Source: Desulfobacterium sp. (lineage in GTDB: Bacteria > Desulfobacterota > Desulfobacteria > Desulfobacterales > SURF-7). Taken from it: 38,904 nt of DNA. Below are positions 25,601-33,000 of the stretch, piece by piece. The stretch is taken from assembly GCA_013824585.1 (NCBI GenBank), contig PNOB01000001.1:1-38904 (forward strand). Reading direction: 5' to 3'. The notes below the pieces were generated by a model. That model had not been told where the DNA came from. It worked only from the letters and a program-made list of their open reading frames with translations, and made no database searches. The position numbers were made by a program, and so were the translations under genes. Every line of letters begins with the position of its first letter. Positions within the stretch are counted from its first letter, which is position 1.

Positions 25601-26370
25601 ACGCCCCTTTACAGACTGGAGAAAAGAGACAGCAATTGTTTCAGGTGGCGTATCCGCCTTCGGAAATGATGATCCGTTTTGCTTCCGCAAGCAGTGAAAA
25701 AGGACCACTTCCCATAGCCCTGAATCATTTTCAGACAGGATTGGAACTGGAAGATGGATTACCCAGGATTTATAACTTCCAGGTAGATCTTCTCGGAGGG
25801 TCCATCATCGCCTCTGTTTCTGTGCAGAAAATCGACCAGCGGTTTTATCTTCCTATTACTATTTCTTTTTCAGGTATTCAAACCGATCTTTTTTTTGGGA
25901 AGACTGTTGAAAAGAAGCAGAAAAAGGATACCGAAGTCAGTGGACAGTTTTATTCTTATGTTCCGGTCACCTCAAATAAAAATGATTTTTTGAACGGTTT
26001 GAAAATGGATATACTGTTTACTCATATCGGAGCCATGGCGCTTGAGCAGCTTTTATATTCCCTTGATCCTACGGAGAGTAATGAAAAAATTGTATCCCAG
26101 CGGAAGCTGGTTAAAAAAGGATTTCCTCGTTGGATAAGACTTGCTATTATGGATGGGGCTCTGTCTCTAGAAGGAGTTGTTACAATTCAGGGGGTAGATG
26201 TTGATATTCCGCAGGTAAAAAGACTCAATATCTCCGGGCTTTCCGGTCTCGATCCTCTTGAAGAGGGTTTATTGAAGATTTCACCCGTTGTTGAGGCACT
26301 CCGGTGCATGTCTGCAAATACAATATGGATGGATCAGGGTAAGAACAATATCGGTTTTATCGACAAATAA
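22690..26370 (+). CDS. AsmA-family / YdbH-like large envelope protein (N-terminal TM anchor)
   Basis: 1226-aa protein. The N-terminal TM is ISLWIVMFFLFLCSSSIYFLFILP. It is followed by the AsmA-type opening (..ISLEIDDIQYTWPGGLQIVSFEIRGD...IDEIAFNISI...GKIDFHIFAKGITFHFFRDADGKTNIDSL). The rest is long, beta-rich and low in Cys. It is immediately followed by a DUF1318/YdbL-like gene, as in the E. coli ydbH-ynbE-ydbL operon. Confidence 0.6.
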   Translation: MSNTKIKSLPFFWLGKISLWIVMFFLFLCSSSIYFLFILPSVLTSESVEAIIEKSSKKLLNISLEIDDIQYTWPGGLQIVSFEIRGDPLHYPDPILHIDEIAFNISIPDVFPGKIDFHIFAKGITFHFFRDADGKTNIDSLMTSQNAMEKTSRVDANDKTVNAPFSLPIDLGARIELRNIVISAKDQITDKKVLIENGMFLLDSPSLHSRETNLKLFVDVALNDKKLPPVDLMLRVSNILDPETASVLPEKMDVSFSGKLPGSTVSADGTLSGKGIESVVDVDLDEIHEILLPFLPPHIANSKISGSLHMSTVLKMNSKKDLFFDSSVQLDGISLSGPMIQNRTISGFQARLSNNGNINLSIKQLNISSGKLNLLHKSELSYHGTLKLFDQPVQDSFISLDTVFIDIGELLTIGKPFLPPNFPIDFGRDDQSPVLHINGVALKGDFLSGACIGTVEKLNLAVPYIEIRNRDLKIVVNNTHFDLYQFSTDLNRFFPTHILFSSSSGIDTVFIDTKEKIDLETISIPKFQFQIKDIQKNPNSLFGYTATLSGEQRFEIQKIKMSSTGEIAGFSQTLDASCKLLPEKKAVFDIKGVSIGASDLVLKNEAIGAFQTSLDINNSDTTVVISSVSPPEIDILGMKNRIRVGDFAELNSLADIRNLARQGMETKGDLAINLGNLFQKLTKKPKQVSSLNGTVFLKWSLDGRRPEVSEITNLQQRSVTDLQKDLAFINQVQIELSLNQIHTNLVFNPESRIQIKNFSAEPLVHYIYDGKKGRGNYEGGFTLLDVDSNWIPVDHKPISAKFSFSGTHDGLQKVSMIQNFEVASLGFHESIRFALSGLDQSILQNREKNLPYFLKKTGGSFTGQVSMNDMTVVNQIQKQMTAGGAFSAGLDLLMVPGSKLGGKTWIKLNDVILENGRQFSIHDLSGDIHLEKEYLLMDNDARDKNPDNLGSSSNLSVNVMKQPDFQEEILHAPLQTGEKRQQLFQVAYPPSEMMIRFASASSEKGPLPIALNHFQTGLELEDGLPRIYNFQVDLLGGSIIASVSVQKIDQRFYLPITISFSGIQTDLFFGKTVEKKQKKDTEVSGQFYSYVPVTSNKNDFLNGLKMDILFTHIGAMALEQLLYSLDPTESNEKIVSQRKLVKKGFPRWIRLAIMDGALSLEGVVTIQGVDVDIPQVKRLNISGLSGLDPLEEGLLKISPVVEALRCMSANTIWMDQGKNNIGFIDK

Positions 26371-26428
26371 TGGGTCTGATGATAAAGCAACAGAAAAAAT
26401 GTCTGTTTCTATAAGGAGCAATAAAACC

Positions 26429-27007
26429 ATGAAAAGAATGATTCTGCTTTTCCTGATAATCATATCCGGTTGCACCCTGGCTAAAGTTGATGTGGAAGTG
26501 TTGAGTGAACGGACTGCCCTTGAGAATCAAATCCTGGGAACCTATAATGCACTTGACCGGGAAATGCTCCTGGTTGCTTCCGTCCGGGGTGTGGATTCAC
26601 AGGGAAACATCAAAAAGCCTCCGGTTAAAAGCAGAGAAAAGCAGGATGCGATTGCTGCTATTCAGCTGATTGATTTTCATTCCGACGATCTTTTGCAGTT
26701 TAAAAAATTAGGATGGATTGGAGAAAACAACAAGGGTTTTCTTGAATTGTTTGAAATGAACAAAAAACAGGTCCCGAAGGGGCTGGAGGAGTTTTCCAGA
26801 CGATTCACGTTTAAAGAATTTTCCGCCATCATTCAGCAGGTCAATCAGGCCAGACTTGTCATTATGCAGCGGGTTATCGATATGAATGAAAACCTGAAAG
26901 ATACGGATATGCCCAAGGTTCAGCAGATATTTGCCAAATTGAATGCTGAAAATGCAGGTGCTGGTGAAAAAATACAGGATGATAGGGGAGATTGGAAGCA
27001 AAAATAA
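26429..27007 (+). CDS. lipoprotein with C-terminal YdbL-like (DUF1318) domain
   Basis: MKRMILLFLIIISGC carries a lipobox, and an AAGGAG RBS lies 10 nt upstream of the ATG at 26429. The C-terminal part (KKLGWIGENNKGFLEL...VNQARLVIMQRV...FAKLNAENAGAGEKIQDDRGDWKQK) is colinear by eye with E. coli YdbL (G.VGE...GYL....IN.ER......A......G.kl...A.pGe.vq...G.W..K). The track ORF start at 26288 overlaps the upstream gene and is rejected. Confidence 0.55.
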   Translation: MKRMILLFLIIISGCTLAKVDVEVLSERTALENQILGTYNALDREMLLVASVRGVDSQGNIKKPPVKSREKQDAIAAIQLIDFHSDDLLQFKKLGWIGENNKGFLELFEMNKKQVPKGLEEFSRRFTFKEFSAIIQQVNQARLVIMQRVIDMNENLKDTDMPKVQQIFAKLNAENAGAGEKIQDDRGDWKQK

Positions 27008-30000
27008 TGAAACATCTGAGCCAATTTCAAAACGGTTTAAAAGCGTCACACCGGCGAAAGCCGATGTCCAGAAAAGAACTGAAAATAATAGATAGCGCTA
27101 CGCTTTACTGCGTGTCCGGCTTTCGCCGGAACTACAACAACGGACTTTTGAAATTGGCTCATCCATCTGTATTTCAAAAACTGATCCTTTTACTTCTGGC
27201 TTTTTTTATCCTTTTGATGCTGAAATTCCCTGTATTGGCCGGTGAAAGTGATTTGTCTGGAATTCTTCATCCTGTCCAGATTACCTTTGAAACTGTTCCT
27301 ATTCAGTTCATGGCCGTTTCCCGGGATGGGAAAAGGCTGGTCTGTGCGATGGAAAAAAATGGTTTTACAAATTTATGGCTGTATTCGGCAGATCCACAAA
27401 AAATTATATTTCCCGTTCAGATTACAGATGACCCCTTCATTGAATCATCTCCTGTATTTTCGCCTGACGGACGGTTTATTGCGTTCACCGGAACGAATGA
27501 TGATGTCAAAGGCGATATTTATCTGCTCAATATCGAAAAGGCTGGAAGCCTTCCTGAAAAGCTGACCGGACGTGAAACCAGAGATGGTGGGGCATGCTTT
27601 GATCCAACCGGTAAGATTTTGTATTTTCATCAGACCTTGCCAGGAGAGGTACTGCCGAAAATTGTTTCTCTCCGACTGGATGGAAAACACTTGATCCATC
27701 GAATCGAAACCGGTTCGGACGGCTCTGATCCGGATCTGTCTCCGGATGGCCAGAAGATATGCTATACCAGCTATCAGTCTGATCCTACAGGTTCGATAAT
27801 GATTTATGACCTTAAAACCCTTGAAAGAAAAGCTGTAACTGCCGGTACATCTTATGATTCCTCACCAAAATGGTCAACCGATGGCAAAACCGTTTTTTTT
27901 ACACGAATATTCATGGATACGGATCAGGATGAAAAAATCTCCTATCGGGATAATGCTGTTCTGTTCAGAGTCAATCCGAACCTGCCGGATCCGGAACCAT
28001 TTCCCCTGACACGCTTTGATCGAACAGCCCGGAATCCAATGACGGCTGATGGGAAGCTGTTTCTGATTTCACCCCAGAACAGAAATATTGATAATTGCTT
28101 TTTTTTTCTTGAACAGGGTTTGATTCCATTACGGCAAAATGTAAATCAACAAGATGCATTTTGCAGAAATCTGGCGGACAAGATCAGTGTAAATCCTTTT
28201 CTGAAAATTCTGGCGCATTCAAAAATAATGGAATTTGGACAGGTCAAAGAAGCCGGCTCTGCTGCTTACCGGATTGGCCGTATCCTTGAGGAAATGGGCC
28301 TTCTTCAGGGAGCAATCGTTTATTACGAATCGGTTTCAGAAAATTATAGGAGTTTTGAGCCAGATGCAACCCTTTCCAGGATTGCACTGACAGCAGCTCA
28401 CACCCAGCTCAGGCTTCGTAAAACCGCACATGCTGATGAGAAAACTCAGATTATTCAATCTGCGGTTGAAGAACTAAAATCCATTTCAAACCAGGGAACC
28501 GGACTTACAAAAGCAAGGGCTGATATTGAGGTTGCAAGATTGCTTGCCAAATCAGACTCTGGTGCGGATTCTTTGTTTGAGTCCATCCGGATACTGGACA
28601 GAGTGATTCATTCTTTTCCGGATCAGGATTACGATATTGCCGAGGCCACTCTGCTTAAAGCCCAGATATACACAGAGCTTGGGAGAAGTGAAGAGGTTTT
28701 TGCCCTGTATAAGTCCATCATACGGAATTTTCCAGATCAAACCAGATGGGTAGTCCTTGCGATTGAAAAATCGCTGGATTTCTTTCTTCAAAGTAAGGAA
28801 GGGGTGAGCTTTGAAGAAAAAATTAATAGCCTTAAAGATCTGTCGGAAAAAAATCATGAACAAATACCCATGCTGTCCGCTGGAGCCTTGAATCGGGCTG
28901 CGGATCTTTATGTTCAAAATGACCAGTGGACTCAGGCAAAGGAACTTTACCGGCTTGTGCTTGAGCGTTATCCATCTCTGACTTTTCAGGCAGCAGCATC
29001 CCGACTCGCTCTGGCAGAGATTCTTTACAGGGAGGAACGATTTCGGGAAGCCCTCAACCTGTATGAAACAGAAATAAATCAACCGTCAGGAGAAGAAAAT
29101 ATTGTCGAGCTGGCCCGAAGGGGCTATATCCGAAAGTCCATTGCCTCCGGTGAATACCTGTTTCGTCTGGGAGAGGTGCCGGCAGCCATGAGTCGATTCC
29201 GGGAGCTGATCGACTATGACCAAGGGATTGTGGAAGCCCATCGCGGATACATAAAATGTGTTGCTGCACAAAATATGGTTGATAATACTCTGAACACATA
29301 CAGAACATACAGCTTAAAAAATCCTAAAAATCCAATTTATATTTATGGTACAGCGCTTCTTCTTACTTATCAGGATAACAGAGAGTCGCTATCGGAGGCC
29401 AAAATCCTTCTGGAAAAAGCCATCCATCTCAACGGGCAGATTGAATATTTTCACCAGACGCTTGGTTATGTTTTTGAAATGTTTGAAACCGTTTATGGAG
29501 AAAAAGGAAATCTTGAATCTGCACTTGAATCCTATAAAAAAGCGTATTTTCTGAACGATTACCAGCGAAACCCGGAAAACCGGTCTCATCTTGCGCTCAA
29601 TATCGCCAATATCCATTTTCATCTTGGTCAATTCCACCAGGCACTCCAGTACTACACCATGAGATTGGATGCAAAAACGCCTTTTGATAACCCGGATACT
29701 GAAATTTTATTTTACCAGCGGTTAGGGGTTTCTGCCTTTCAGGCAAAGGAAAACCAGAAAACCATCACTGCTTTCAGGCAATCCATAAAGTTAATTCGGG
29801 AAACGTCTGATCCGTATGAACCGGTCAGGATGTTTGAAAACATTCATCGCTTTATCATGGATGAGATTATCATGCCGGCCTCCAGTCAGAATGATCTGAA
29901 ACAGGATGCTGAGGTGGCTTCAGCTATGCAATCTGACATCAACCGAACATTGACAAAGATTTCTGAAAATCTTTTTCCGCCGCCATCCAGTGAATGGAAT

Positions 30001-33000
30001 CAATTTGAAAATCAGATGGAGGATCTGATCAGCCAGCAGGAAAAAATCTTACCGGATATGTATTCTCTGGTTGAAAAGCTTCAAAATACCGAGCTTACCA
30101 GGATGGAAGCTGAGCAGCGGGCAGAATGGTTTCTCATACGCGTACGAAAAGCATTACAGCAACCATCGCGAATTGTTATGCTTGAAACCGAAATGAGGGA
30201 TCGACTGGGACTTGCGCTTCAGGAAAATGGAAACTATCAGGAAGCTGCAGAGCAATTTGAAACCGCATTTTCCTTGAATCAGAAACTCGGACAGAACCAG
30301 AATCTTTCCGTGAACCGGAGATCTGTGGCGTATAATCAATATATGCAGGCAAGCCTCCTTCATGGAGAAGAAAAAAAACAACTTCTGAAAGAGGCGGCTC
30401 GCAATTTCAAAGCTGCTGAGAAGTTGCTTGACCAATATGGTGTTTCAACACAGAAGCAAAAGGAAAAAGGTTTGCTGGATCTGTCTCTTGAGGTCGCTCT
30501 TGATAAAAAAGGGGCAACTCAGGCTTCGCATGGTTTTTCACTGATTCAGGAAAAGCGTCTGATTTCAACCTTTCTTATCAGGATTGGTATTGAACTGGGG
30601 GATTTAGTACCAGCGGAAAAGGAGATTCAGAAGCAACTTGCAGAATATCCTTTGGCCCAAAAAATTGAAGATAAAGATCTGTATGGCGTTTCCCTGCTGT
30701 ATCACCGGGCGGGTTTATTGTCTGCTGCCAGAAAACAATATAAAGAAGCATTCTCCCATTTTGAGCATTCTGCTCAATTGAGCTATCAGTATGGAAATCC
30801 GATCAGCACCTGTATCAATGTTATGAATATGGCACACACCTTATCCGGATTTACAAAGCATGAAGCTGATATTGGTTTTGGATTTCCAAGGTTGTTGAAA
30901 ATGGAAAAGCAGGCTGGTTCCTTGTTGCAAGCTTCCAATATTTTTGATCCGGTTTTTGCCGCAGGTTATTATAACACCATCGGGCAGTATCTTTTGACAA
31001 TTGAAGGTCAATCATCAGAAGTTGTTGACAGTTCAGTGAACCGGTTTTTACGGATTCAAAAGGCGATTTTGTTCCTGAATCAGGGAATCAAACTGTTTGA
31101 TGAAAACGAGCATATAAAAAACAGAGAAGATAGTGCTTTGCTTGCTTCATTGCATTTGAACAAGGCCATTGCCGCATCACTCATTGGTGAAAAGAGTCAT
31201 TCCCTGAATCATTTTCAGGCTGCCTTCAGAATTGCAGAAAAGAACCTTCTGCCCGATCTGGAATGGCGGGCTCTTGTGGGTTTGGGAAAACTGAAAGAAG
31301 CTTTGGATGTGCTTTCTGATATAACCATATCGAGAGCAGGTTGCAGTCCGTTTGAGATTACCGATGCTTTTCATCCTCTGGTTCTCAATCTTATTCAATC
31401 CGATCAGAAAGAAGAGGCTCTTAATTTTATTGAAAAAATATCAGAGACCGAACGATTCAACCGGATGGCTTTTCTTTTCAGGGATTCACTGGAAAACGGA
31501 AAAAGAATATTTCAAAGGATCTACCCCAGAATCGAGAGAATTAAAGCTTTGCGCAATTCCATCCGGAAAAACGTTCCGGAAGAGTTGGCTTATCTGAAAA
31601 AACAACTGTCCGATGAAACCGATCTCCTGGAACAGAATCTTGGCAAGGAAAATGAAAAACTGCCGGATCTGATCCGCTGGATCAAGGATAAAGAGTTGCA
31701 GGAGAATCTGATTTTACTTCTCGGTGTTGCTGAACAGGCAGAATATACCGCAGAACAGGCTGTTCGTGCAGCAGATTCCAAAAAAGCCTCTGTTCTGAGG
31801 GTAGAATACAATAGCCTGATTGAAAAATACCATAAAAAACGACTTGAGTTTGTTGACGGAAGACCGGATGACATTTTTTCAGATCCGATCACTTTTCTGG
31901 GACCGGAACCGGCTGAGGCCGCTGATATCATGAATGTGCTTTCCGAAGATCAGATGCTTGTCAGGCTTTTCAGGATTGAACCTGATATTTACTCTTTTAG
32001 CATTACCGCTGATCAAATCGACATGCAGAAATATCCTTCCGTGGAGAAGTCAGTAAATGCTCTTCCAGATACCGAAAAGATTAATATCGCCTATGAACTT
32101 CCCCGGGAAATTCCCGGACGACGTGCATGCAGCCTGAGCGGGACCCATTTTTTCCGATCCATTGTCAATCGTAAACCATTTAAAAATAATGTTGTTACGG
32201 TTCCCGAAGCACTGCCGGATCAGGAAGGGTATCAGATGAATCAGATAGGGCAGGTATCCCATGAGGAACAAAATAGGCATTCGATTCTTTTATCAGAAAT
32301 GAATACCCTTCTGCTGTCCAAAGAGGTCTCTGTTTCTACAACCATTCCGACTCGATCCGGAGAAAAACCGGATCGTTTTATTTCCTTTGAGAATCAGGAT
32401 GGCAACCCAGATTCCATCGAACCATTGTTGACCGGGTCAAAAAACCTTTCGCTTGCCCTGATTTCTGAATCTTCTCCGGATGATCTTTTCCTGATTGGGA
32501 ATCTGTTTTCGATATATCATTGTCCTTCCGTATTGTTCAGCCAGGCAAAGGGAAATGCATTTTCAAAACAATTTTTGGAAAACTACCGGACAAAGACGGT
32601 TCTGGGGTCCATTCAAGGACTGAAAGGACAGCTTTCGTCCACAGAACCTGACCCGGAAATCGTCCTTCTGGGATACCAGGGAATGTCATCTGCGGAATCG
32701 GAACTGTTTTTACAGGAATATTTTGTCCGATCCGTCCAGAAAGGAAAAGCCGCCTTTGATGAAGGAAGAAATGGAGAAGCTTTTTCTTATTTCCAGAATG
32801 CTCTGGAAATTTCACAAAAGTTTACCAAATTTCATTCTTTGTTGCCCAGACTGCTCAGTTATTGCCGGGAAACAGCTTATCAGGAAAAGGATCTGGAACA
32901 ATCTGCTTTATATGCCAGGAAGCTGGTCAAACTCATGGAAGAGGAGAATCCGGATACGGAAAACCATGCTGAATCTCTGCTTCGGCTCGGATTGATTTTA

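Noticed and set aside
26288-26428. N-terminal extension of the YdbL-like ORF (track start 26288)
   Set aside because: It overlaps the 3' end of the AsmA-like gene. The ATG at 26429 has an AAGGAG RBS and immediately encodes a lipoprotein signal peptide.
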